Numbered from the stretch's first letter, positions 38,886 to 48,314 are shown. The stretch is DNA of 64,000 nt from Pseudomonadota bacterium (GCA_043825735.1 JBDRRP010000112.1:1-64000), one strand, 5' to 3'. Notes: a model not told the origin generated them from the letters alone. A program made the numbers and translations.

Positions 38886-39638
38886 TCAACTATTTCGTAG
38901 ATTCTTTAGTAAATTGTTCAGAATGTGTTTCATCTCAATTGCCTCGAAATTATCAAGATGATCGTTTTCAAGGACTTTTTTTGTATGTATGTACATGTCT
39001 TGATGTCTCGCCGCAATCTCTTTGTGATCTTCAAGCCAATAAAGAAGTTCATATGCCTCTTTATAATTCACTTCATCATCAGCAAGGATGCCCAAAATTA
39101 TCCCCTTGAATTCTGATGCTTCATCCGAAATTACCTTAAAAGTCTCACTTTCCTCATGTTCCATCAGTTTCAGAAATATTCTGGCACAAGCCATGGAATC
39201 TTCAGTGGCATCGTGGTGTTTAAAGGCTGGCAAGCCAAAGTGTTTCACTAAAGTCTTCAATTTGCAATTTTGTAAATTCGGTACTTTTTCTTTTGCCACT
39301 GCACTTGAATCTGTATATTGAAAGCTCAGACCTAAACCAAAATGGTCTGAAAGTGCATTCAAAACCTGCTTGTCAAATAGACTATGTGCTACCAAAGGAT
39401 ATTCAAATATGCCTTGTATCTCTGGAAACAATTCCCCAAAATCAGGCTTATCGAAAGTATGCTCTTCTTTAATACCGTGTATTTTCGACTGAAATGGTGC
39501 GTGTCCTCCAACTGGTTTAATCAAATAGCCTTTTGTTTCAATAATTTCGCAATTTCGTACTTTAGCGTAACCGAGAGAGCAGGCGCTAACTCTTTGAGGA
39601 TTTGCTGTTTCAAAATCAATTGCGATGAATTCTTGCAT
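38886..39638 (-). CDS. DEDDh 3'-5' exonuclease (DnaQ-like) with a TerB-like C-terminal extension
   Basis: IDFETAN, VAH..FD and HHDATED motifs; tail GILADDEVN..E..L..WL; AGGAG RBS. Confidence 0.85.
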   Translation of the reverse strand: MQEFIAIDFETANPQRVSACSLGYAKVRNCEIIETKGYLIKPVGGHAPFQSKIHGIKEEHTFDKPDFGELFPEIQGIFEYPLVAHSLFDKQVLNALSDHFGLGLSFQYTDSSAVAKEKVPNLQNCKLKTLVKHFGLPAFKHHDATEDSMACARIFLKLMEHEESETFKVISDEASEFKGIILGILADDEVNYKEAYELLYWLEDHKEIAARHQDMYIHTKKVLENDHLDNFEAIEMKHILNNLLKNLRNS

Positions 39639-39737
39639 TATTGCTCCTAATTTTTTACAGGATGTCAATGTGTAGATCTGACCCCAATCATTCTGCGAGT
39701 CGCTTAATTTGGGTATTACTATAGTATGCGAGTGAAA

Positions 39738-41543
39738 CTATGCGTAGTAATCACCGAACCTATGTCGGATATGCCTATGTATCTTAGGTAAGTTTTTATC
39801 TTCACGGATAAATTTTAATCCTGCCAATTTTCCCTTTTTCCATACCACGGAAGCAGTCGTAATTACATTTTGGATTTTTAGGCGTACCACTTCCCCAATA
39901 TCTGGGATATATTTGCCGTTTACCATCACTCCGGATCTAGATATATTTTTTATTACAAAATCCACTTGTTCACCGTTAAACTCTCCAGCTATCTTAGCTA
40001 TTAAACTCTTCCTTGGAGCTTTCCGTGCAGCAAACGAAAGCTGCTTTCTTATTATACTTTGAATGCTGTATGTTATAATGAATCCAATCAATAAGCCATT
40101 TAATGCTCCGTAGCCAACACTTGTCAATATTTTTGCAATATTATCCACTGCAAAACCTGAAAATGAAATTTGAATCAGCAAGCTAAAAACTGATTGGATT
40201 GCTGAATTTATAAGCCCCATCCTCAGGGCATATTTAAATACACCTATTTTGCTTGTTTGAGACAAATCAGACAAACTGGCAACTACAAAATAGGCAACAA
40301 CCCCAAATGATAGGACCATAGGTATATGCCCTGTCTTAACTTCTCTTGTGAAAAAGTAGTATGAATATGCACCAAAAGTCGATAAAACTATTGCAACTAA
40401 ATAGGTAACTGTGCTTGGGTCATCCTCAACATCATGTGAGATGCTCTCAATAATATACCCAAAGAATATAGATACAATATAACATATAGTGCTACCAATA
40501 ACCCAACTCCATAATCTACTGCTTACAAGCCATCTATCACCTGAATAAACAGGCACGCCAAAAATATCTCGTGCAAATAGAAACAATGCCACGCTAATAA
40601 ATGATGCGATAAATACTCCAACAATAATTTGGAATAGTGGTTGAACGAATTTGATTCTAAAATTATCTAAATAGATTGGCGCGAATCCATATTTCGAAAG
40701 CACGTAGTAGCGCTTCTCGTTTGTTGTGTATTGTCGAACGGTCACTTTGCATATACATTCATATATAAATGTTATAAGTTTATCGATTTCTTGATCCCTA
40801 TCAGAATAAATATCTGGGGTGTCAAATTTGCTAATTGACGGCATCTCATTAGCTCTTCTATATAGCCAGTTTTTCCTATCATTAAGATCAGCCATATTTT
40901 TGCTTTGACATCCGATATTATCTAAAACATTTATTAAATATAGAGCTTTTAAAATTTTATAATCTAATGCTAAAGTGACCCACTTAAAGCTATCATCTGC
41001 CAATTTTTGTTTAACCTCGGCATGCTTCATTCGCCAAAAATGAGAAGGGCACTTATCTATCAAGTTTTTAAAAACTTCTTCAAAGCAAAATTCAGTAGGC
41101 TCAAAGCGCCTTATATTGCCAATTAAGTGACGTTTTAAATCCTCAACTTCTCTCGGTATTCTCGCAAATTCTAATAATTTGCTCCGCAAACGGGTATCAT
41201 AATCCTTCACTTTTTCATGACTCATTATAAGAATTATAAATATTGAAACAAAAGTGAAACTCCCTTCCTCAAAGACATTTAAAAACTCATTATGAGCCCC
41301 GAAAATTGACGTTAGAATTTCCCAAGAATTTATTGTTGAACTGAAACTTAATATTGACACTATTATGCTATAAATTGATAAATATAAAAAGAAATACTTA
41401 TAATAACGAAAAGTGTCAATGTATTCTTTAGGCGAACCATTGAACTTAAAATGGTCAGTTTTAGGCCATTGATTGAACTTAGGCCCGAAGAAGATAAATA
41501 TTAGTGCAAGGCCTATCAAAACATTAATTATCCCCCCGATCAT
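39738..41543 (-). CDS. Multi-TM membrane protein with C-terminal PilZ domain
   Basis: Many hydrophobic segments; RKAPR and NISRSG PilZ motifs; very AT-rich DNA. Confidence 0.8.
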   Translation of the reverse strand: MIGGIINVLIGLALIFIFFGPKFNQWPKTDHFKFNGSPKEYIDTFRYYKYFFLYLSIYSIIVSILSFSSTINSWEILTSIFGAHNEFLNVFEEGSFTFVSIFIILIMSHEKVKDYDTRLRSKLLEFARIPREVEDLKRHLIGNIRRFEPTEFCFEEVFKNLIDKCPSHFWRMKHAEVKQKLADDSFKWVTLALDYKILKALYLINVLDNIGCQSKNMADLNDRKNWLYRRANEMPSISKFDTPDIYSDRDQEIDKLITFIYECICKVTVRQYTTNEKRYYVLSKYGFAPIYLDNFRIKFVQPLFQIIVGVFIASFISVALFLFARDIFGVPVYSGDRWLVSSRLWSWVIGSTICYIVSIFFGYIIESISHDVEDDPSTVTYLVAIVLSTFGAYSYYFFTREVKTGHIPMVLSFGVVAYFVVASLSDLSQTSKIGVFKYALRMGLINSAIQSVFSLLIQISFSGFAVDNIAKILTSVGYGALNGLLIGFIITYSIQSIIRKQLSFAARKAPRKSLIAKIAGEFNGEQVDFVIKNISRSGVMVNGKYIPDIGEVVRLKIQNVITTASVVWKKGKLAGLKFIREDKNLPKIHRHIRHRFGDYYA

Positions 41544-41773
41544 TTTATCCCCCTTTATTTCCAACATATAGAGAACATCACGATTATATTGTAGCGGTGA
41601 GATTACGTTTATCGCCAAGAACTTGCTTTAGTGCCGCCAGGTCACCAATCCGTGTTACCGCACTGTCAAAAATAGAAACGAAGCATTCCCGAGCTTCTTC
41701 CAGGTAAAAACCACCCTATCTCAATCTTGAAACCAGCATTTTCCAAGAATGACATCCCAGTAGGTGTTTAGAT

Positions 41774-41900
41774 GGACTCCATGAATAAATAGCAAACTTC
41801 TATTTTTCCAGAATATATATTGCCTTTTTGATAATCATGATATTTCCAATTTGAATTATGTGGTTCGAATTAATAGAAATTTATTTATTCATGGAGGTCC
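41774..41900. mobile_element. ~125-bp MITE-like element
   Basis: Perfect 15-bp inverted repeat CTCCATGAATAAATA (41777-41791 and 41882-41896). Confidence 0.55.
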
Positions 41901-42125
41901 CTAACACCCCCTTTTCAATGATGGATAAGCCGACGTCAGTCTAATCCTGTCTAATTCATCATGAAGACTATTTTCCAAGTTCCTCTATTCAACCTGATAC
42001 ACCGACAATTGCATAATGATAGGCGTTGTCCACGGGGCACCGGGGCAAACCTGAAAGGATCATTGCCGTGGAATGACTGCCAGAATAACCGTATTGAAAA
42101 GTCAAGAATTGGAACGGTATTCTTG
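41900..42125. repeat. Conserved non-coding element, copy 1
   Basis: TTCCTCTATTCA..CAATTGCA.AATGATAGGCGTTGTCC..TGAAAGG..GGAATGACTG shared with 53851-54085. Confidence 0.8.
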
Positions 42126-42206
42126 ATTTTACCGGGGTCAGCGGAGATTGCACATAGGATAATTATTGTTGATTCATGACAGTTTGAAAAATAGGAAAAT
42201 AAGAAA

Positions 42207-42245
42207 GAGCACCTGAATTTAACAATAGCGGATTTCAGGTGCTCA
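42207..42245. terminator. Hairpin, probable terminator of the minus-strand module
   Basis: GAGCACCTGAA..TTCAGGTGCTC with an adjacent purine tract (U-tract on the minus strand). Confidence 0.6.
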
Positions 42246-42266
42246 CAAAATTAAGTGACGTTGACA

Positions 42267-42395
42267 TCAATCCTTCTTTTCTTTTTTTTTCTCCTCTTCC
42301 AAAACAACTTTTCGGTCACAGAGATCACATTTTCCATCCTCTGTGATGCACGGCTGTTTTGGGGCTTCACCCCCGCAAATTCCGCATTTTGGCAT
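42267..42395 (-). CDS. Unannotated 42-aa Cys-rich protein (MPKCGICGGEAPKQPCITEDGKCDLCDRKVVLEEEKKKEKKD)
   Basis: Strong GAGGAGGTGA RBS; CxxC..C..CxxC. Confidence 0.75.
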   Translation of the reverse strand: MPKCGICGGEAPKQPCITEDGKCDLCDRKVVLEEEKKKEKKD

Positions 42396-42474
42396 AGGAA
42401 TCACCTCCTCTCCAGTGCTGGTCCGCGTTTTGGGTTGGGTTAAGGGTGCGCCGGTTCAGAAAGCACACCCCGGA

Positions 42475-42580
42475 TTACGTTATTATTTCGGATTGATCCT
42501 TGCCGACGCCGCACACTGGACATTCCCAGTCCTCAGGCAGCTCTTCAAAAGGTGTACCGGGCGAAATTCCGCTATCCAGG
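42475..42580 (-). pseudogene. Rubredoxin remnant (C-terminal half)
   Basis: [29 protein letters not shown]-terminal CxxC missing and an in-frame stop upstream. Confidence 0.8.
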
Positions 42581-42658
42581 TTCCGTGACCTTCAGAAAAT
42601 AGCTCATTGTTTCGATCTCCAGTTTTGGCATAGAGAGTGCGTCTCTTTTTGGACGGAG

Positions 42659-43312
42659 TTACATCATCACTTGCTTTTGAATCCGAGCACTGATCTCCTG
42701 ACCCAACACCTTGGCTCGTTCCCAGGTTTCCGTCTGATCTTCCACTTTACAGAATTTTTCGGGTGTTACCTTGGTATCTTCCCCGAAAATCCACGGTAGC
42801 GCACTCATCGGACAGGTTTCACCAAATCCGCACACCATGCATTCGGGATTGCCGGTTACCTTTAGCTGGTCCAGCACCTCCATTCCTTCGAGAGTCAAGG
42901 CGTGGGCGATCTGGTTGCTTGCCTCCTCCAAGCCTGGGGCTCCGCGCCCAATGCCGGTAGTCACGACAACTGCCAGTTTGCCTCTGTTTAGACCGTTTTG
43001 GTGCCGAAGTGAAAACAGCCGTTCCAGAAATGCCTTGGTAAATCCATCGATTGCACCGTAAGGTGAATATCCGCCGACTACAACAGCACCGGCGTGGCGG
43101 ACTTTCTCGGCCAATTCTTGAAAATCGTCCTTGGGCTTGCAGATGTTGTCCTTTTTGCATCCAAGGCAAGCGATGCAGGGGCGTACATTGATTTTGCTGA
43201 GTTTGACAAACTCTGATTTTAGATCGCTGCTTTCAAGTACAGCTTGAACCAAACGGTCTGTGTTACTATTTTTGATCGGGCTGCCTGAGACTCCAATTAC
43301 TTGAGGTTGCAT
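42659..43312 (-). CDS. Flavodoxin-like iron-sulfur flavoprotein (Isf / FMN reductase family)
   Basis: GVSGSP..SNT and CIACLGC-x5-C..DD motifs; AAGGAG RBS. Confidence 0.85.
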   Translation of the reverse strand: MQPQVIGVSGSPIKNSNTDRLVQAVLESSDLKSEFVKLSKINVRPCIACLGCKKDNICKPKDDFQELAEKVRHAGAVVVGGYSPYGAIDGFTKAFLERLFSLRHQNGLNRGKLAVVVTTGIGRGAPGLEEASNQIAHALTLEGMEVLDQLKVTGNPECMVCGFGETCPMSALPWIFGEDTKVTPEKFCKVEDQTETWERAKVLGQEISARIQKQVMM

Positions 43313-43367
43313 GATTGTCTCCTTTTTTGATTTTTGAACCACTATATCCAGCATTTATCAGGCTGTC

Positions 43368-43383
43368 TGTAGCAACTGTTACA
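43368..43383. promoter_or_regulatory. Crp/Fnr-family operator (GTA-N8-TAC)
   Basis: TGTAGCAACTGTTACA upstream of the Isf gene; near-identical copy at 44274. Confidence 0.7.
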
Positions 43384-43493
43384 GGAAAGAAAAATTCAGA
43401 TGGCGGAATAAGTGGTTGAACACAGGAAAAAACTTGTCGATATCAAAAACGACAGATTGTAATTCTCAAAGGATTGAAAGGACTTAACGAGGG

Positions 43494-44198
43494 TTATGCT
43501 ATCTTCTGAGAGGGTAGGATGAGTCTCTTGCCATCATGGATAATTTTACCGGCCTCTTTCAAGGCTTTCATGGCACGCGTAATGCTAACCCGGTGTGCTC
43601 CGGTTAGGAAGCTGAGATCCTCATGTGTTAAGGGGAATTGGATTACAGCGCCCTTTGAGCTTATGGTCCCGTGCTCTTCCGCAACATTTTTAAGAACTCG
43701 GAATAGCCGGTCTTCGATATTTGTAACCGCTAAACTACCGACGCGGCTTGTCAACCAGGAGACCCTTTCGCTCAGGTTTTTTATTACCTGCAAACCGACT
43801 TTGGGATGTTTTAAAATGAGTTCTTCAAATTGTTTTCGGCTAAACCCGCATGTCAGTGTATCTTCGAGGCAGTAGGCACTTACCGGATATTCGCCTTCAT
43901 CAGAAAACATGTTTTCGCCGACGAAATCTCCAGCCTTGCGAATATCAAGAGTCAATTCTGTGCCGTCTTCATGAACTTTGGAGAGTTTAATGCGACCACC
44001 TTTAATTAGAAACATCTCATCAGCAGAATCACCCTGTAAAAAAAGGGATTCCCCTTTATTCGATTTTTTCCTAAATGCTTCATTACTTAGAGCTTCAACC
44101 TCTTCTGGGTCAAGATTTTGGAAGATCCAAAGGTGTCCGATGCATGTCGGGGACAATTCAATACTATCCCCGGCGATCTGTTCACATAGGCAAGCCAT
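43494..44198 (-). CDS. Crp/Fnr family regulator (HcpR-like) with N-terminal Cys residues
   Basis: cNMP-like domain; HTH LTHEDLSFLTGAHRVSITR; MACLC..C. Confidence 0.9.
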   Translation of the reverse strand: MACLCEQIAGDSIELSPTCIGHLWIFQNLDPEEVEALSNEAFRKKSNKGESLFLQGDSADEMFLIKGGRIKLSKVHEDGTELTLDIRKAGDFVGENMFSDEGEYPVSAYCLEDTLTCGFSRKQFEELILKHPKVGLQVIKNLSERVSWLTSRVGSLAVTNIEDRLFRVLKNVAEEHGTISSKGAVIQFPLTHEDLSFLTGAHRVSITRAMKALKEAGKIIHDGKRLILPSQKIA

Positions 44199-44273
44199 TT
44201 TCCCTCGCAATACAGAATATTTTCAATAGTGCTCCGATTTATTCAAACAATATCGTATAGCAAAAGAATTGTC

Positions 44274-44289
44274 TGTAGCAACTGATACA
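44274..44289. promoter_or_regulatory. Crp/Fnr-family operator (GTA-N8-TAC), probably autoregulatory
   Basis: TGTAGCAACTGATACA upstream of the regulator gene. Confidence 0.7.
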
Positions 44290-44656
44290 AATCGATCACA
44301 TAAAATCAACCATCCTTGCATTATCCTTGAGGGCTGCAAGGCTCAAGGGTTCCGATGGTATTCATAACAATGACAGGGTTTGGCCAGCGGTGGTCGGAGG
44401 CTAATTTAATGTTGTATTTCAAGATATGTGATGATGGTTGCTGAGCGCAATCAGAAAATGAAGTTCGGAAGTAGGATTTGAAGAATGGTGCCAACAAACC
44501 TCGGTTCGGTTGGCTGCACAGGGTGGCCGCACAATGTTTGCCATCCTCGCTAATATTCCGGAATCATATGGATTTTGCACCTTGAAACAGGTATTATGGT
44601 CTTAACAGGCCTGAGCGCCTGATGTCAAAACTTTTCAAAGCCGAAAGGAGGCTGCC

Positions 44657-45489
44657 ATGAGAGTTTCAGAGGCAATCGACCGTTACATGGATTATCAGCG
44701 GCTCAATTCTGGAAAAAAATGCGGTCAAGAACAATGAACTGTATCTTGGCAAGTTCGGTGAACGTTACGGGGGCCATGAGATCGAGGCCGTTTCACCGGA
44801 CGACATCCTGGCCTTTCTGACCGCCGTCACCGAAGGCCTGAAACGATCCACCAAGCGTTACAAGTACACCCTCCTCAAATCGTTTTTCAATTTCATCAGA
44901 AACAACATCCAGCGCGATCTTTATAATCCCTGCGACACTCCGCTGCTCAGAAAAACGTTCCGCCCCTCCAAAGGCCGGCACTGGACCATCCTGGAAAAGG
45001 ATGTGGTCGATGAGATCATTTTCCGTACCGACAACGTCCGGAACCGGATCATGCTGGAACTGATGGCCAGGGGCGGCATGCGTATCGGTGAGGTGCTGAA
45101 ATTGAAAGTGGAGGATGCCGACGACCGGAAGCTGCGCCTCATCAGGCCCAAGAGCGGGAAAAGTTCGGAGGTCGTGTTCATCCCGCAGAAGGTGGCGGAT
45201 CGGTTGAAACGGTATATCCGCGACAAAGGGCTTTCCCATGATGAACGGATTTTCCAGATTCAATACACGGCTGCCCGTGAAGTGGTCAGGAAAGCCGGAT
45301 TGAAGGTCGGTATCCATCTGAGGCCCCACGATCTCAGGCGCCATGCAGCCACTTATGCATCCCGTGCCGGCGCTCCCTTAGAGATCGTCAGCAAGGTGAT
45401 CCTACGACATGCGAACCTATCCACGACCCAGCGATATCTCGGTCAGCGACAAAGAGGCCATTCGGTGGGTTGAGACCATCTATGGATAA
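44657..45489 (+). pseudogene. Tyrosine recombinase/integrase with a +1 frameshift at A7 (44713-44719) and a second shift near the C-terminus
   Basis: AAAGGAGG RBS + MRVSEAIDRY..; the shifted frame has GMRIGE, HDLRRH, LRHANL and TQRY; tail VSDKEAIRWVETIYG* is in another frame. Confidence 0.8.
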
Positions 45490-45496
45490 AACCCGA

Positions 45497-45530
45497 AGCC
45501 GGGGATGGGATAGTCCCGGCCCCGGCTTTT
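45497..45530 (+). terminator. Terminator after the integrase
   Basis: AAGCCGGGG..CCCCGGCTTTT. Confidence 0.7.
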
Positions 45531-45575
45531 AAATGGTATTGCTCGGTTTTATGCTGACAGGAATACTGCCTTTCC

Positions 45576-45680
45576 ATAGGCGGAGTCTGCTGGTCTTTCA
45601 ACCAGATTTGAAAGGAATATTTCCAAGGAATGATTGCCGAAAATGGCTGTATTGCACCGTCATAATTGGGTAAGTATTGT
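45576..45680. repeat. Conserved non-coding element, copy 2 (3' part)
   Basis: ATAGGCG..GCTGGTC.TTCA.CCAGATTTGAAAGG..GGAATGA.TG.CGAAAATG.CTGTATTG matches 53984-54065. Confidence 0.8.
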
Positions 45681-45895
45681 TGAATTTTTCAGGGTCAACA
45701 ACAATCCAACATAGGATAATTATCCTTGAAAAAGATTTCTCCCACCGTCTAAGATTTCCCTGATGTTGCAGCCAATTCAGAAATGCTGAATGGTTTCTGG
45801 ATAAAACCATTGCATCCCTATGGGTTCTCTCCTTAGTATCCCTTCTTTCCTTCCAAAAATCTCACGATGAATTACCAATCACTGAATATAGGTTC

Positions 45896-46231
45896 TTATG
45901 TAGAAAATGTTTCAGATAATCCTGTTTCCCATTCAATATCACAATTTTGACAGTAATAATTAATTGGATCACCGTCCTTTCTAAATTTAATTGTTGGTTC
46001 TGATATTTTTTTTCTACAATTTGGGCATATAAATGATTTTAAACGTTTTTTTTGCCAAATAGTTCCCAAGATGGATACTATAATAAGTAAAGTCACCAGC
46101 GTCATTGTAATGAAAGAATTTTTACCGCTAAAAAAAACGATGAGACCAAACATGAAAATTACTGGTACTACTATATATATTTCTTTTTTTGTGTACTTAT
46201 CTCCGAATTCTCTATATGGCAATTTCCTCAA
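45896..46231 (-). CDS. Small AT-rich membrane protein with a C4 zinc ribbon (cassette-like)
   Basis: Two TM segments; CPNC..CQNC. Confidence 0.65.
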   Translation of the reverse strand: MRKLPYREFGDKYTKKEIYIVVPVIFMFGLIVFFSGKNSFITMTLVTLLIIVSILGTIWQKKRLKSFICPNCRKKISEPTIKFRKDGDPINYYCQNCDIEWETGLSETFST

Positions 46232-46265
46232 TTTTTTTCCCTATGGTGCATATAATTATGTGTGA

Positions 46266-46319
46266 AAAGTAACTATCAGCGGTGTGGATTTTTGCGTCTG
46301 TTGTATTTTTTTGTTAAAC
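46266..46319 (-). other. Degenerate attC-like site
   Basis: Minus strand GTTTAAC-AAAAAAATACAACAGACGCAAAAATCCACACCGCTGAT-AGTTAC, between two cassette-sized ORFs. Confidence 0.45.
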
Positions 46320-46355
46320 TTTTTATTATTCTTCCCGACGCACTCACTCCAGACT

Positions 46356-46804
46356 TTATACCGTATATGGACCATTCTTAGGCTTTTTATGGAAGACTGC
46401 ATGGAGAGGGTTCTCCGGATCAATCCACAGGGTGCAATTTCCATTCTTATCAATTCTTTGATCAAGGTAACGATCCACCCCTTCTTTTGTATTGAAGGCG
46501 ACCATTTTAAAAATAATTGGTGTAACTTGGTAAGAACGACTTTCAAATTCAAAGTTACACAAAATTCTAGGCTTCCAAAATGTACTTTTTATTAAACTTT
46601 TAACAGAATCTGGGTCAACAAAATCACGAGTTTCTCTATCTACGCAAACAGCCTTAACAGCGACGAAACGTGCGTAAAGGGAATGCCCTGATGTATATCG
46701 GCTGGACAGAAGTAAGACCAAGCCAATAACCATTATGGCAATGCTGCCCCTAATGGGAAAATCTGGTTTTGACAATAATATTAGGCCTCCGAAGAAACAT
46801 AAAC
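46356..46804 (-). pseudogene. Membrane-anchored hypothetical protein, 5'-truncated at the IS end
   Basis: The frame continues upstream (GLCFFGGLILLSKP) to a TAA at the IS1595 IR junction. Confidence 0.55.
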
Positions 46805-46806
46805 CT

Positions 46807-47269
46807 TACTATAACCCAAACTCAGGCTGACGTGTGACCGCATCTGTCACACCTGTATGTTAAGGTCCTTCCAAACACCATAATAGGGGAGGACATAATG
46901 CATATAGACCAACTTAAAGAGCACTTTCCCGACGAGTTAGCCTGTCGGCGGTTTTTTGAAAATTGGATATGGGCAACAGGGCGCCGATGCCCTCGTTGTA
47001 AATCTGATCGTTCATACAGGCTGACCGGCAGAGTCGGGCTGTATGAATTTTCGTTGGACCCACAGGGAAGGCAAAGAGATGAGAACCAAAAAAGGAAAGC
47101 TCAAAATAAAATGGACCCCTCTGCCTTTCCTGAAACTGTCTGCGTACCTACTGTCGAATGCATTTGGACATCGATTAAAAAGATCAAGCAATGGCGGCCT
47201 GGTAGAGTTCGTCAGGCCATATGACTCTGCAGCAACTTATCGGGCAGTGCCTGAGTTTGGGTTATAGTA
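46807..47269 (+). mobile_element. Internally deleted IS1595-family element
   Basis: Perfect 21-bp TIR TACTATAACCCAAACTCAGGC; transposase zinc-ribbon N-terminus FPDELACRRFFE..W..CPRC at 46898. Confidence 0.85.
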
Positions 47270-48136
47270 CTGTATATCAATATCTGGATATAATTTTTTT
47301 GCACAATCCGGACAAATGCTATGGGTGAATTCAGCATCTGAACGAGATTTGATATAGGATTCGATTTGATTCCAATAGCCTTGATCGTCACGTATTTTTT
47401 TGCATGCTGCGCAAATAGGGAGCAACCCGCCCAGAGTTTTAACCTCGCGTAGTGCATCTTTTAGCTCAACGATCAGTTTTTCTTTTTCGATCTGGGCGAT
47501 TTTACGTTCTTCAATTTCGATTTTGAGTTCCTCCTTTTGTAACCTCAATCGTAGTCTGAGATTGGAGACGAATCCACCGAAAAAGGCAAACCAAGTTAGC
47601 AAGATACCGAACAGAATGAAAAGGAATAGCTGGTATTTAAGAATAAACCCTTGACGACCCTGGAGGTACTCCAAGCCCAAGAGCGCTGCGTAAAGGCCCA
47701 GCACGCAGGCTACCACAACAAGATACTGTCGAAGCGTCAGGCTCAACACTCCGAAGCTGAATGGAGGAAGGAAAAACAGCAATATAATCGGACGTGCATC
47801 TGGTAACCAGTACATCACCAGACAAGCATAAAAAAAGGAATAGATAATCTGTTCCTGAGTCAAAGATTGTTCCGAAAAGCGTAAATTCACCCTTGTGGAA
47901 AAAAGTACCAAGAACACGCTGATACCAAATAGGCACAGTCCAATAAGCGTTGTCCATTGGGTAACGTTCAAATCACCAATCCCAAGGAGTGTGATCAGAT
48001 ACGTTGCCAGGAGCGCAACAGCATATGTAGCTACGGACATGCCGAACCTACGCAAACGTAGTTGCTGCGCTTTTTTGGTGAGGTCATTTATTGATTTGAC
48101 CTTATCACATGAAACATTAGACATATTTACATTCAT
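47237..48136 (-). CDS. Membrane sensor (MASE2-like TM region) fused to a Cys-rich GLLPIC..CKKIRD..W..E.Y..HSICP.C domain
   Basis: ORF translation; start uncertain; the stop codon lies inside the IS end. Confidence 0.7.
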   Translation of the reverse strand: MNVNMSNVSCDKVKSINDLTKKAQQLRLRRFGMSVATYAVALLATYLITLLGIGDLNVTQWTTLIGLCLFGISVFLVLFSTRVNLRFSEQSLTQEQIIYSFFYACLVMYWLPDARPIILLFFLPPFSFGVLSLTLRQYLVVVACVLGLYAALLGLEYLQGRQGFILKYQLFLFILFGILLTWFAFFGGFVSNLRLRLRLQKEELKIEIEERKIAQIEKEKLIVELKDALREVKTLGGLLPICAACKKIRDDQGYWNQIESYIKSRSDAEFTHSICPDCAKKLYPDIDIQYYNPNSGTAR

Positions 48137-48314
48137 AGACTGTCCGATAGAATTACATTGTTTTTGGGCACAACAATGTTTAGATAGTTTCTCTATAACA
48201 CCCCTGATCGTCACGATCGCGTCATAACACCCTACGCATGAAGTCATCAAAATATATATGATTACAATGTTTTAGATAAAACCTTCCGGATATTTAGAGG
48301 TATATATGGTTTCT

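Noticed and set aside
39675..39686. AGATCTGACCCC motif resembling a RAYT-element end
   Set aside because: A single short match with no partner IR or transposase nearby
44657..45489. Calling the recombinase an integron integrase (intI) or XerC/D
   Set aside because: It is short, has no IntI-specific insertion, and reads LRH rather than the LGH box typical of IntI/Xer
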